From TPA_inf: Saccharomyces (lineage: Eukaryota): 64,000 nt of DNA. Under the pieces are notes generated by a model. The model was not told where the DNA came from. It did no database searches and saw only the letters and a program-made list of their open reading frames with translations. Both the position numbers and the translations under genes were made by a program. Where the stretch lies: assembly GCA_000146045.2 (NCBI GenBank), contig BK006948.2, positions 768,001 to 832,000 of the forward strand. Direction: 5' to 3'. This document shows, piece after piece, positions 45,984 to 57,533 of this stretch; the stretch's first letter is position 1; every line of letters starts with the position of its first letter.

Positions 45984-47720
45984 ATGTCAATTCAGGCTTT
46001 TGTCTTTTGCGGTAAAGGTTCCAATTTGGCTCCCTTCACCCAGCCAGATTTTCCATTCCAAACGCAGAACAAAGACAGTACAGCTGCCACGAGCGGTGAC
46101 AAACTTAATGAGTTGGTCAATAGCGCCCTCGATTCAACTGTCATAAATGAGTTCATGCAACATTCAACGCGCTTGCCCAAGGCTCTTTTGCCCATCGGTA
46201 ATAGACCTATGATTGAATACGTCTTGGATTGGTGTGATCAGGCAGATTTCAAAGAAATCAGTGTGGTCGCACCCGTTGACGAAATCGAATTAATTGAAAG
46301 TGGACTGACTTCGTTTTTGTCCCTAAGAAAGCAACAATTTGAACTAATATACAAGGCTTTGTCAAATTCCAACCACAGTCATCACTTGCAAGATCCTAAG
46401 AAAATTAATTTCATCCCTTCGAAGGCAAATTCTACAGGTGAGTCCTTGCAAAAAGAGCTTTTGCCTAGAATCAATGGCGATTTTGTAATCTTGCCCTGTG
46501 ATTTTGTCACAGATATACCTCCACAAGTCTTGGTCGATCAATTTAGGAATAGGGATGATAATAACCTAGCAATGACTATCTACTATAAGAACTCTTTAGA
46601 TAGTAGTATCGATAAAAAGCAACAGCAAAAGCAAAAACAACAGCAATTTTTCACTGTTTATTCAGAAAACGAAGACTCAGAGAGGCAGCCAATACTTTTG
46701 GACGTTTATTCTCAAAGGGACGTCACAAAGACAAAATATCTACAGATCAGATCTCATTTATTATGGAACTATCCAAATTTAACAGTATCCACTAAGTTAC
46801 TGAACTCATTCATCTACTTTTGTTCCTTTGAACTTTGCCAGTTGTTAAAATTAGGACCTCAATCAATGTCAAGACAAGCTTCATTCAAAGATCCATTTAC
46901 TGGAAACCAACAACAGCAAAACCCTCCTACTACTGATGATGATGAAGATCGCAATCATGATGATGACGATGATTACAAACCTTCGGCTACATCTATCCAG
47001 CCTACCTACTTCAAAAAAAAGAATGATCTCATCTTGGACCCAATAAACTGTAATAAATCATTGAGTAAGGTTTTTAGAGATTTATCTCGTCGTTCGTGGC
47101 AACATTCGAAACCGAGGGAACCAATAGGTATTTTTATTTTACCAAACGAAACCTTGTTCATCAGAGCCAATAACTTGAATGCTTACATGGACGCTAATAG
47201 ATTTGTACTAAAGATAAAATCACAAACGATGTTCACGAAAAATATACAGATTCAATCTGCCGCTATCGGTGCTGATGCCATAGTAGATCCCAAATGCCAA
47301 ATCTCTGCTCATAGTAATGTCAAGATGTCTGTTCTCGGTACTCAGGCCAATATTGGTTCCAGATGTCGTGTTGCAGGGTCTCTCTTATTTCCTGGAGTCC
47401 ATCTTGGTGACGAAGTAATCCTGGAAAATTGTATTATTGGACCTATGGCAAAAATCGGTTCAAAGTGTAAACTCAGCAATTGTTATATCGAAGGCCATTA
47501 TGTTGTGGAGCCTAAAAATAACTTTAAAGGTGAAACACTGGCCAACGTTTATTTGGATGAAGATGAGGAGGACGAGTTAATATATGATGATAGTGTTATT
47601 GCTGGAGAAAGTGAAATCGCCGAAGAAACTGACAGTGATGATAGAAGCGATGAAGATTCTGATGATAGTGAATATACCGACGAGTACGAGTACGAAGATG
47701 ACGGATTATTTGAGCGTTAA
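45984..47720 (+). CDS. GCD1: eIF2B gamma subunit (guanine-nucleotide exchange factor), 578 aa
   Basis: N-terminal nucleotidyl-transferase-like fold. C-terminal left-handed beta-helix hexapeptide repeats. Acidic tail. The start is taken at MSIQAFVFCGKGS, the 36th codon of the tracked ORF. Confidence 0.88.
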   Translation: MSIQAFVFCGKGSNLAPFTQPDFPFQTQNKDSTAATSGDKLNELVNSALDSTVINEFMQHSTRLPKALLPIGNRPMIEYVLDWCDQADFKEISVVAPVDEIELIESGLTSFLSLRKQQFELIYKALSNSNHSHHLQDPKKINFIPSKANSTGESLQKELLPRINGDFVILPCDFVTDIPPQVLVDQFRNRDDNNLAMTIYYKNSLDSSIDKKQQQKQKQQQFFTVYSENEDSERQPILLDVYSQRDVTKTKYLQIRSHLLWNYPNLTVSTKLLNSFIYFCSFELCQLLKLGPQSMSRQASFKDPFTGNQQQQNPPTTDDDEDRNHDDDDDYKPSATSIQPTYFKKKNDLILDPINCNKSLSKVFRDLSRRSWQHSKPREPIGIFILPNETLFIRANNLNAYMDANRFVLKIKSQTMFTKNIQIQSAAIGADAIVDPKCQISAHSNVKMSVLGTQANIGSRCRVAGSLLFPGVHLGDEVILENCIIGPMAKIGSKCKLSNCYIEGHYVVEPKNNFKGETLANVYLDEDEEDELIYDDSVIAGESEIAEETDSDDRSDEDSDDSEYTDEYEYEDDGLFER

Positions 47721-47914
47721 TATAAACTTATGTATATTCCTTCAGTCTCTTTAATAGAGACCAAGTAAGTAAGTGGACGAGAATAGAGGCGATATTATGC
47801 ATTTATATTTGAAATTCAACAGAACATAATTATGCTTAAGCAAATTAACATGTTGTATTAATACATAGCGTTTTACACATCTATTTCATATATTATGTTA
47901 TGTTAATTTTTGAA

Positions 47915-48931
47915 TTAATTTTTCTTGTTCTTTCGTTGGATCAATGGCGCAGTTGCTTCTTTGTCACCACTCTCACTCTCACTGTCATCAGAGACTTTTG
48001 ATTGTTTGTCCTTTACTCTTTGTTCTTGAATTTTTTTATTTTGAATTTTGTTTTCAATCAAATCATCAAACGCGATAATTGACCTAACCAAATTGCTTAT
48101 ATATATAACCATTAATTCATCATTAGTTTTCACAGTTAAAGCCTTTTGTAAGTTATTTGAAATATTAATTCTGTCATGATTCTCCACATCTATTTCGTCA
48201 TCATCAGGTGTTCCCAGATTTGGTAAAAGGTTGAAAACATCTTGTAGCTTGCCCAATATAGTGTGGTTTATCGGTAATTCCTTATTAATGACTTTGTCTA
48301 AGTACTCGACAACGTCTTTTAGTTTGCTTTGTAATCCTTTCAAAGATTTTAATTGGTTGGTCAACCGGATAGATAAGCCACCTGCTGCTTGATCACGTAC
48401 GTCTCTCAATAAGTGTTCTACACCAATTTCTTCAGCTTCTTCGGCCTCAATAGTACAAGGCAAATGAAGAAACGTCTTTTCTGTAGACGTACCATCATCC
48501 TTAACTTGCTCAATCGCGACATATGCATCTGTTGGTAAACCAACACCTTGTTGTTTGACATCAACAATTAATAATAGCGGATTATTCTGAGTATATTTTT
48601 TAAACAGCTCATTAATCTTGAGGTCAGAAGCCCTTAATTTAGGACCACTATGATACCATCCAATGAGTTTTTCCTTGGCATTAATCTTTTTACACATTTC
48701 ATTCATGTTTTCAATATAATTATGGTCTAAAAACCACACGTCAGAGTTTTTCTCATCTTCTTCAAACGGTAAGGCAAAGGAATTAGTGACTCTGATAGTG
48801 GAACTGTTAGCATCACCTAAGATGACACCAACGCATCTTTTGTTTTCTTTTGTCTGCGTACGCTCATAATGATCCAAAGCAGATAGCAAAACTAGTGGTG
48901 CAATGGTAACTTTCTCGTGTTGTAGAGACAT
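47915..48931 (-). CDS. RPN8: 26S proteasome lid subunit with an MPN domain, 338 aa
   Basis: MPN/Mov34 N-terminal domain. K/E-rich C-terminal tail. Confidence 0.88.
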
Positions 48932-49094
48932 TGTAATTTGATTTTCCTTTCTTTCTTTCTTTTTTTAAATTCGAAAAATGCCCTCAATCAGTAGCAGTTG
49001 TACAGAAAGCCAACGTTACACTATAGATTGCTTAGCTGTTGGCTTCACAATTATTTCATTGTAGATTCTACGTTACGTGCAACTTGAGTAACGA

Positions 49095-49103
49095 TTTGCC
49101 ACT
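49095..49103 (-). promoter_or_regulatory. PACE-like element (AGTGGCAAA reading in the RPN8 direction; 8/9 match) about 165 bp upstream of the RPN8 ATG
   Basis: One mismatch from GGTGGCAAA. It lies upstream of a proteasome subunit gene. Confidence 0.55.
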
Positions 49104-49291
49104 GAGGTATCCCCGAACTTTAGTAAAATCAAATTTCGTAATAAGTGATTAGGAATATTGCTACTTAAAGTAAGTGATGCTCATTGAAAGATTGCATTGT
49201 GAGTCTTCACTACTTACCGTAATAGAATGGTTTGTTTTCATTTGATTGTTGTTGTGTCAATAGTTTTGATTTTCTACTAGAGAGTACAATA

Positions 49292-50335
49292 ATGCCCTTC
49301 GCTCAGATTGTTATTGGTCCACCAGGTTCAGGGAAGTCAACCTATTGCAACGGCTGCTCACAGTTCTTCAATGCCATCGGAAGACATTCCCAGGTAGTGA
49401 ATATGGATCCTGCTAATGATGCCTTACCTTACCCATGCGCTGTGGATATTCGTGATTTTATAACATTAGAGGAGATCATGCAAGAGCAACAGTTAGGCCC
49501 TAATGGAGGTTTGATGTATGCTGTTGAATCATTGGATAATTCTATTGATTTGTTCATTTTACAGATCAAGTCACTTGTAGAAGAAGAAAAAGCATATCTT
49601 GTATTCGACTGTCCGGGCCAAGTGGAGCTATTTACTCATCACTCATCTTTGTTCAACATCTTTAAAAAAATGGAAAAGGAATTGGACATTAGGTTTTGTG
49701 TTGTAAATTTGATTGACTGTTTTTACATGACATCCCCTTCACAATATATCTCGATTTTGTTACTTGCATTGAGGTCTATGTTAATGATGGATCTCCCTCA
49801 CATCAACGTTTTTTCTAAAATAGATATGCTGAAATCATACGGAGAATTACCCTTTAGATTAGACTATTATACAGAGGTCCAGGATCTGGATTATTTGGAG
49901 CCATATATTGAAAAGGAAGGCTCTAGTGTACTGGGAAAGAAATATAGCAAGTTAACTGAAACAATCAAAGAGCTAGTCTCAGATTTCAACTTAGTATCAT
50001 TTGAGGTTTTGTCCGTGGATGACAAAGAAAGTATGATAAATCTTCAAGGTGTTATAGATAAAGCAAATGGCTACATATTCGGCGCATCCGAAGTTGGTGG
50101 TGATACCGTGTGGGCTGAGGCTTCGCGAGAAGGTGCATTAATAGCGAATTACGACATTCAAGACAGGTGGATAGACAATAAAGAGAAGTATGATAAAGAA
50201 GAAGAAGAAAAACGTACGGCGTTGTTAAAAGAACAAGAATTGCAAAATAAAGCTGTTGATGTGAATGAAGAAGATGAGTGGGAAAATGCGCTGAAGGAGT
50301 GGGAAGAGAAACAAGGAATGGATTTTGTTAGGTAG
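49292..50335 (+). CDS. GPN2: GPN-loop GTPase 2, 347 aa
   Basis: P-loop GPPGSGKST. GPN motif (LGPNGG). Acidic C-terminus. The start is taken at MPFAQIVIGPPG. Confidence 0.88.
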   Translation: MPFAQIVIGPPGSGKSTYCNGCSQFFNAIGRHSQVVNMDPANDALPYPCAVDIRDFITLEEIMQEQQLGPNGGLMYAVESLDNSIDLFILQIKSLVEEEKAYLVFDCPGQVELFTHHSSLFNIFKKMEKELDIRFCVVNLIDCFYMTSPSQYISILLLALRSMLMMDLPHINVFSKIDMLKSYGELPFRLDYYTEVQDLDYLEPYIEKEGSSVLGKKYSKLTETIKELVSDFNLVSFEVLSVDDKESMINLQGVIDKANGYIFGASEVGGDTVWAEASREGALIANYDIQDRWIDNKEKYDKEEEEKRTALLKEQELQNKAVDVNEEDEWENALKEWEEKQGMDFVR

Positions 50336-50451
50336 CGTGTTCAGGTATCTTTTTCTCGTTCAGCCGTGGAACTTAATTCAAAATTGAAAATTGTATACAG
50401 AGTATATATGCATATAATTGAAAGCAGCTTACTACGAAATGTTCTTGAATT

Positions 50452-50608
50452 GCTGGCCGAGTTGCAAATCAGCTGCAAAGGACAGAACCCTATGTCTGAA
50501 CATGATTGCTTTCGTACCCTGAAAGCCAGCGCTACTAATTAACCAGGTTGACCAGCCTTCACTCATTCGCGGCGACAGCAAAAGCGGAAGAAGAAAAAAA
50601 TAACCAGC
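50452..50608. promoter_or_regulatory. Cluster of Ace2/Swi5-type sites: GCTGGC at 50452, GCCAGC at 50525, GACCAGC at 50550 and AACCAGC at 50602. The cluster lies 260-410 bp upstream of DSE3.
   Basis: Four copies of the (A/G)CCAGC core within about 160 bp. DSE3 is a daughter-cell-specific gene dependent on Ace2. Confidence 0.55.
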
Positions 50609-50865
50609 AAACTGTCAATGGGTTTCTAGGAGGAAAAAGAACAAGTTAAAAATGATTAGCACCAACAACGTTGCCTATATCTGTCATTGGGCAGCTGTGC
50701 GGGGATTCTAAGGTTTTTGCGCAGATCGTGATATAAAATGTTGTAAAAATGGTTTGCTACTCTATATTGATGAAGTTTTCATATTCAAAAGGATTTATTA
50801 AATGAATGAACCATTTATAATTGTGAGGGCAGGATAGCAAAAAAATCCTACAGAATAACTTAGTA

Positions 50866-52158
50866 ATGCCAAGAAAGTTTTTGGGCAATAAAATTGAAAA
50901 GAATGTTGATGCAGTCAGACCATCTTCGCTAACATTAACAGCTGATGACTTGAAGTATATTCCACCGATACCACAAGATTTTGAAGATGAAGATGATAAG
51001 GTTTTACGTACCAGCAACGGTGGTAACAGGTTGTCTAAAAGATTTGGGGGTACACTGAAACTGAAGAAACGGTTAGAGTCTGTTCCAGAATTGTTCTTAC
51101 ATGATTTCAAGAAGAGGCCACGCTCCCAACTTGAGGTGATTAGAGAGAAAAAATTTACTGACATGCAAGTTCCCAAGGGACCAGTTTGTCCTCAAAGCAC
51201 GATTCTACCATTACGAGAAAGAAAGAAGGTAAAATCACTACCAATTCAAAGAAAAAGTTTACGTAGGCCGACGCTGTCAAAGCCTGCAGTAGTACAATCT
51301 TTAGGGCATAAGACACATTCGGATCATATTATTGATAAAGTGTTTGTCTCTCGCCCGGCCCCAATTGTAATGCCTGTAAAAGCCCTTACTCCTATTAATC
51401 CGGTCTCCCTAATGCAAACACAGACACAAGATTGCTGTAGAAAAAATAAGTATGGCAAAAGCGGTAGTGAAATATTGTTTGACGAAATTCTATCAGCCTA
51501 TGAAAACGTTTCTACAAGCGATTCTACTGCCCTAAATTCAGAAATTGACAGAATTATCGATATATGCGCTTCAAAACAAATAGCTAAAAAAAATGAGGCA
51601 TTTCAGGTACCATATGTCGTCTGCCCTGACGACACAGAGACTTTGTTTTCGTCAACAACACCAAAGTTGAAACCTGTCAATTCTAACACATTAAACGATG
51701 TCATTTCTAGCCCAGAATACACCACGTCTGGATGCAGTACATACTCTGACCAATCGAATTCAGATGAGGAATTGTCCGAAGTAGAAAGTATAGTATGGAA
51801 CACGAATAAGAGGACAATGAGATCATCCATTGTGTCTGAAAGCACTAGTGAGGAAGGCTATTGCACTGCTGCGGAGACTTTGCCCTCAACAGTATCAGTG
51901 GAAGATCTGGATATACATAACAAGCTTCCAAAAGTTGCACAAACATCATCGTGCAATACGCTTTTGAATAAACTCTCTATAAGAAAATTAAAAAAAGTAA
52001 TTCTCGATCCGCCTAAAATAATGCATGTCATGACTTTTGACGATGACAGTGATGATGGAGATGACAACGATGACGAGGATAGGGCTTTGAATATTCTTCA
52101 AAAAAAAATTGACTGCATTGAAATAGCAAGTTGCAGCAGTAGCATTTACAGCGAATAA
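50866..52158 (+). CDS. DSE3: Daughter-specific expression protein 3, 430 aa
   Basis: Full ORF, S/T-rich. Position matches YOR264W. Confidence 0.8.
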   Translation: MPRKFLGNKIEKNVDAVRPSSLTLTADDLKYIPPIPQDFEDEDDKVLRTSNGGNRLSKRFGGTLKLKKRLESVPELFLHDFKKRPRSQLEVIREKKFTDMQVPKGPVCPQSTILPLRERKKVKSLPIQRKSLRRPTLSKPAVVQSLGHKTHSDHIIDKVFVSRPAPIVMPVKALTPINPVSLMQTQTQDCCRKNKYGKSGSEILFDEILSAYENVSTSDSTALNSEIDRIIDICASKQIAKKNEAFQVPYVVCPDDTETLFSSTTPKLKPVNSNTLNDVISSPEYTTSGCSTYSDQSNSDEELSEVESIVWNTNKRTMRSSIVSESTSEEGYCTAAETLPSTVSVEDLDIHNKLPKVAQTSSCNTLLNKLSIRKLKKVILDPPKIMHVMTFDDDSDDGDDNDDEDRALNILQKKIDCIEIASCSSSIYSE

Positions 52159-52453
52159 AAAAATTTATTCTAGGTTTCAAGTAAAATCATACGTATATAA
52201 GTAGAATAATGGCATGAGCGGTGACACATTGTGTATTTGCACCAGAGGTGGTCATCAATAGAAAAGTGTCACAATTTCAACGATAAATGGCCGCTTATGT
52301 CGCACCTTTTGTAGTATTACCCGCAAAGGATCATAATGAAGAACTACTATGGCTACATATAAACAGAGCAGTTAGATACAGTGCGTCTTATAAGGGCATT
52401 TTTGAGCATAAAGCACAACAGGTTGAACTCAAGAAAACTACATTTCACTATCA

Positions 52454-52774
52454 ATGGCACCCACACAATTGGATATAAAAGTCAAGGCCTTGAAGAGGCT
52501 GACTAAGGAGGAAGGGTACTACCAACAAGAACTGAAAGATCAGGAAGCACATGTGGCAAAACTTAAAGAAGACAAGTCAGTTGACCCATATGACTTGAAG
52601 AAACAGGAGGAGGTCCTTGATGACACAAAAAGATTATTACCTACTTTATATGAGAAGATTAGAGAATTTAAAGAGGATTTAGAACAATTTCTAAAAACTT
52701 ACCAGGGTACCGAAGATGTCAGTGATGCAAGATCCGCTATTACGTCTGCACAGGAATTACTCGATTCTAAATAA
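52454..52774 (+). CDS. RBL2: Tubulin-folding cofactor A, 106 aa
   Basis: Small helical coiled-coil protein of the cofactor A family. Confidence 0.85.
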   Translation: MAPTQLDIKVKALKRLTKEEGYYQQELKDQEAHVAKLKEDKSVDPYDLKKQEEVLDDTKRLLPTLYEKIREFKEDLEQFLKTYQGTEDVSDARSAITSAQELLDSK

Positions 52775-53022
52775 TCTATAGATAACCTTTTTCTTACCTT
52801 TTCGCATTTATTTTGATGCAGGTTTTTATACTTTATTATGTACAAACCTGTTGCGGATGAATAATAAATCTCGCTAGAAAATGCACGGAATATTATATGC
52901 AAAAGTAGAAAAGTGGAAGACGGCTGTTGATACAGTGACGAGATATAAGAACATTTTACTCTATATTTAAAAAGAACTTTATTAATCTATTTAATTGAGT
53001 TAACACCTTTAATGCCATCGAT

Positions 53023-54294
53023 ATGGATTCTCGAGTTGCACTGGTACGAAAATACATAGCACCATCGGTGATAAAAAGCGATTCTATTCAATTGCACGGT
53101 TTAGTGAAGGCACCACTATTTAAAGCGTTGAATAGCCGTTACAAATTAGGTTCACTACAGATAGTACAGGATGTCGATTGGAATGCGAAGACAACACCAT
53201 CCGATTCTCCAGAGCCTCTGGCCGCTACTCTAAACTCTAATCGATCCCTACCAATGACTAAGTTCCCCAAGCAGGAGATCTTGGAACAGGTAAAATTGGA
53301 TACTAAGGTTGGCAAATGGAGGAAATTCATGACAGGTTGGTTTAGAATTGGATTGTATCTTTTAAAAAGCTATAAAACAGGAATTCAGAACACGTTAAAA
53401 GTATTCTGGGATACTCGAAACGAAGAGCAGAAATTCAGCATAAAAAACGGTGCATTGGCTAACTTAGTACGGGAAATAGAAATGCATGAAATCAATACAA
53501 GACTATCGTCTTCATCATTGCCTACAAGTTCTTCAGCAAAAGCCCCATTAAGGCCACTTTCAATCAATAGGAAAACACTGGTGGAACTGATCAGACGAGA
53601 TCAAATCTGGAAATTACCTGTATTTTTCACCTTAGTATTCATATTTGAGGAGGTAAGTGTATTGATCTTTACCTTTTTTCCACGTGTCTGTCCGTACAAT
53701 TGTTTAACTCCTGGTGGATACAAGAAGCTTTCCAACTCATATATCAAGGGAACAACAAGCACACAAGGTAACTACGGTCTGGGTCCCTTAGAGTTTACTA
53801 AGCAAGGTACAATTAAGTATGAGCCACCATATGCAGTTCCTATTGAGAATTTGTATAATTTTCTGACAAGCTTTCCTCAAAGTATGATATCAAACTGGAA
53901 ACTGTATATTTATAAAAAGTTAAAATTACAGAAGCTACTTTGCAATGAGATAGAAAAAATTTACCAGTATCTGTTTATCGATGACTGGTTGCTGTTGCAG
54001 AGTATACTCAACACTGATGTTGAGAAAACTAAAATCGCGCTAAGTGATAGAGAATTGGTTAACTGTATACTTGAAAGAAAACTTTATCACATGGGCGATG
54101 ACTTGAATGAGATGGTTAATGACACGTTAGGGAAAGAAATCTTACTGAAAAGATTGTTTCTTTATTGGACATTAAGATATAATGACACTATATCCTTAAA
54201 CGGAAAGCATACATTCAGTGAGAAATGGGGTGTCAACAATATATCATTGTTAAAATATAATTCAGAATTGGTAGCTACGAAAGATATTCAATAG
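53023..54294 (+). CDS. PNT1: Mitochondrial inner-membrane protein (pentamidine resistance), 423 aa
   Basis: Full ORF with an internal hydrophobic segment (LPVFFTLVFIFEEVSVLIFTFF). Position matches YOR266W. Confidence 0.78.
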   Translation: MDSRVALVRKYIAPSVIKSDSIQLHGLVKAPLFKALNSRYKLGSLQIVQDVDWNAKTTPSDSPEPLAATLNSNRSLPMTKFPKQEILEQVKLDTKVGKWRKFMTGWFRIGLYLLKSYKTGIQNTLKVFWDTRNEEQKFSIKNGALANLVREIEMHEINTRLSSSSLPTSSSAKAPLRPLSINRKTLVELIRRDQIWKLPVFFTLVFIFEEVSVLIFTFFPRVCPYNCLTPGGYKKLSNSYIKGTTSTQGNYGLGPLEFTKQGTIKYEPPYAVPIENLYNFLTSFPQSMISNWKLYIYKKLKLQKLLCNEIEKIYQYLFIDDWLLLQSILNTDVEKTKIALSDRELVNCILERKLYHMGDDLNEMVNDTLGKEILLKRLFLYWTLRYNDTISLNGKHTFSEKWGVNNISLLKYNSELVATKDIQ

Positions 54295-54587
54295 ATGTAA
54301 ATATTCATGACATTATCTATGCTGTACATATTGTTTAAAACAAAAACTCTTTTAAACTTTTCTAATTGCAAATTCAAACAATAATTCAGTGATGTTTCTT
54401 GCTTTTGGAGCAAAGGGCAATGTTACTCTATATTGTATGTATAATATGATAGATACTCTTCCGTATATATAGTATATAGATTTTCGTCAAGCGTTTCAAT
54501 TGGAAAGTGAAAGAAAAAAATAAGAAAAAATAGAAAATACAATTAAATTAATCGAAAAAAGAAGTGAAAATAATTGAGTAGTTCGTA

Positions 54588-54924
54588 TTAAACCTTGTAG
54601 GTCTCTAAGTGAGCATTTTCCTCCCTAACCAATGTATGGTGATGGCCAGGCGCTCTAATAACTTTATTTTTTGAATCCATGGTACAGGCAGCAATGGCGG
54701 CAAACCATTCATCATTAAAAATATCATCTAAGGTTGCTCTTTTCTTTGGATCTACTTGCAGTATACGGGACATGATAGGTCTTGAAGCATGTGGTAGTAG
54801 ACGTAATAGACGGTATGGGCCATGAATAATTTTTTTATGGTGAGGTCCTCTGTGCTGTTGACTCGATTTATTATCGGAAGCGATACTATGGGCCTTGTCT
54901 TGATTTTGATGCTGGTGATGATGG

Positions 54925-54987
<63 letters not shown>

Positions 54988-56867
54988 GGATTGTTTTGGG
55001 GAACCATATCAGGGTTAGCGTTGGCAGCAGTGTTGACGTTAGTATCAACTTTAGCGTTACAATCCGATTCATTGCTGCAGTCATTGTTAGCATTACAATC
55101 CGTTTTGTCATTGCAGTCACTGTTAGCCTTGCAATCCACTCTGCCGTTAGAGTCACCATTAGCATCGCAATCAGCGTCGGCATCGGCATCTACTTTCTTT
55201 GGGTTAGCTGAAACTACCGTGCTTTTATTCTCATTTTTGCTTATTTTAATATCGATGGTACTTTCCTTGTCATTATCTGGCGTGCTTTCTTTATCATTAT
55301 TGCTATCATCTTCTTTATTTTCTTCGGTTTCTTCTTCCACAATGTCTGGTTTGTTATCGCTTTTACCCTGTATAGATGCTGGAGTATTTGGAACTTGATT
55401 TTGAACTGTTTTCAAGTTTGATTCATGAGCTGGTTGTTGCTGATTGATGGCGGAACAGTCACTGTGATTCAAAAACCTTTGACGCTTTTCTTTTCTTTCC
55501 TTCAGTAACTCTTCGTGATGCCTGGCAGATTCAACATAGTCGTGTTCTATATCATCCGGCATACAATATAATCTAAAATTATCGTCAGAATCTCTAGGGG
55601 CTTTCCATGGAAACCTTTTAAGCACCATACAACAATATATGATCCCAATAGACCATATATCGACGCACTGAGGATCATAAGATTTGGTGGAGGTAATCAC
55701 TTCCGGCGCTAAGTAAGGGTCACTACCCACGATTCCATGAGCCATCGTTACGCCATCTTCAAAAGGATATCTGAACACAACAGCACTACCAAAATCAATT
55801 AATTTCAAAATACCCTGGGAAGTCATGACACAATTATCCAATTTCAAATCTCTATGTGCCAATCCCATAGAATGTAAATATTTAACACCTTCAGTCAATT
55901 GCTTCAAGCAACAGTTGATCTCGCCACGAGACATCTTGCCTGTCATAACAACAGCAAAAAAATCAATCGGACAGTACTCCATAACTTCATAGTATTTATT
56001 TTGTTTAGAATCAGAGAAAACGTCAACAGTTTCGATAACATTTGGGTGATGTAAAGTCGAACCAATACAAAATTCTGCGGTGCACTTCTTGGCATATTCT
56101 TTCACACTCTCATTCGGTTTCCTTGGTCTGAATTCTTTGACGGCAAAAGTAGCACCATCAGTTGGTCTCACAAGAACTTTAACGGACCCACCGGCACCGG
56201 AACCCAATAACTTACCCAATTTCCCGTATTTTTGAGCCAGAATACAATCATCGTGATATATATTAATATTATTGGACAAAGATAGGATAGAATCGGTACT
56301 TGGCGGTATAGCAGACTGGGTATGAGCATAGTGGTCTGTAAAGCCATGAGGATGCTGGGCACGATAGTGATTATTTAAATTAACTGTAGAAGTTGATTTT
56401 GAAGGTGGGGGGGAATGGGTGCTATGTTTCTTGGAACGAAGTTGAGACATAGATAGTTTTTTATTTACAGAAGGTCTGAAAAACCTTTTCAATTCTGCCA
56501 TGGAGTGGGTTTGTTTTGGAGAGGCGGGAGAAGTATAGTCATGGAGCCCATGAGAAATATTATGGTGGTGGTTTGTTTCATAGTTATTATTGTAGTTGTT
56601 TGTTGAGATACTGGTTGCATTAGAATGGCTATGGGTGTTGTTATTAAGGTTTGTTGTAGTATAATTTGTAGTGGTTGTGGTAGATTTCATGGAATCTGTA
56701 GATTTCTCGCTTCTTAGTGAGTCATTACTTTGTTTTCTACCAATGAAGTTTAAGAAAGATTTAGAACTTCTGATCAACTGTGGCGGGTTATTAGACGAAT
56801 TTTCACGGTCATGATGATGGTCATTATGATGACCATGGAATGGGTTTCTCGACAATAGATTAGGCAT
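54588..56867 (-). CDS. HRK1: Ser/Thr protein kinase of the NPR/HAL5 family (regulator of Pma1), 759 aa
   Basis: Kinase core ([16 protein letters not shown]) in the middle. N-rich and Q-rich low-complexity flanks. Confidence 0.88.
54926..54985 (-). repeat. (CAA)20 trinucleotide repeat (GTT on the + strand) encoding a 21-residue polyglutamine tract in HRK1, followed by a His-rich stretch
   Basis: Twenty uninterrupted GTT units read on the + strand. The translation is [28 protein letters not shown]. Confidence 0.95.
55060..55155 (-). repeat. Imperfect tandem 18-nt repeat encoding five DC(K/N/S)xxx hexapeptides ([30 protein letters not shown]) in HRK1
   Basis: Periodicity is visible in both the DNA (...ttgcaatcc.../...ttgcagtca...) and the protein. 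Confidence 0.7.
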
Positions 56868-57533
56868 CTTTATACGAGAAATAGTTCTACCGTATTATTA
56901 TAATTATTAGTGTTATTATTTTTGTTTTCGATCAATTCTAGCGGAGCTACAATGTGGTAGTCAAACGCTGCTATTGTATTTAATTCCGGCTCGAGACCAG
57001 TCTGGAAAGTCGACGTATATCGTTACTACTATCCTTTTTTTATTATTCCTACTATTTCCTTATTGAAAAAGTGGAAAACTGTTAAATCTGGAAATTCTTC
57101 ACGATTCTAGAAAAATAGGAGGTGAAGAAGATTTCTAAGCTTTTTGAAAAAAACGGGAAAAGGAAGAGGCCCAAAAAAGTGAAAAAAAACTGTGTGTGTG
57201 AAATGTAAACGAACTTTGCTCCCTCTAGGAAAAACTTCTTTAAGCGGTTGGGAACTGTCTTGGGCTTACTTGTTTGTAAACAGTTGTATGAATGATTCTA
57301 TATGCTAATTCTCAGTTTGTCTCTCTTAAAGATTTGTCACTCTGAAATATATAGCCAAATAGAACTAGGCGAAGAAAAAGAAAAGGGGCGGCGACGACGT
57401 AGGGGTCAGGTAGAAGAGTTGGGCACTTATTGGCGATATAAAAGACAAAATACACTAATGCAAGAGTATGGTGAGCGAAAGGAAAATAAAGAAAGGCTAC
57501 GTTATTGACGGATATATGAATCAAGACACAAGA

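Noticed and set aside
50757-51176. 139-aa - strand ORF overlapping the DSE3 start (YOR263C-like)
   Set aside because: Antisense overlap with the DSE3 promoter and 5' coding sequence. Hydrophobic, low-complexity translation, typical of a spurious ORF.
54752-55398. Three long ORFs (145, 129 and 135 aa) overlapping HRK1
   Set aside because: Artefacts of the (CAA)20 and 18-nt repeats. Their translations are poly-N and poly-L low complexity.
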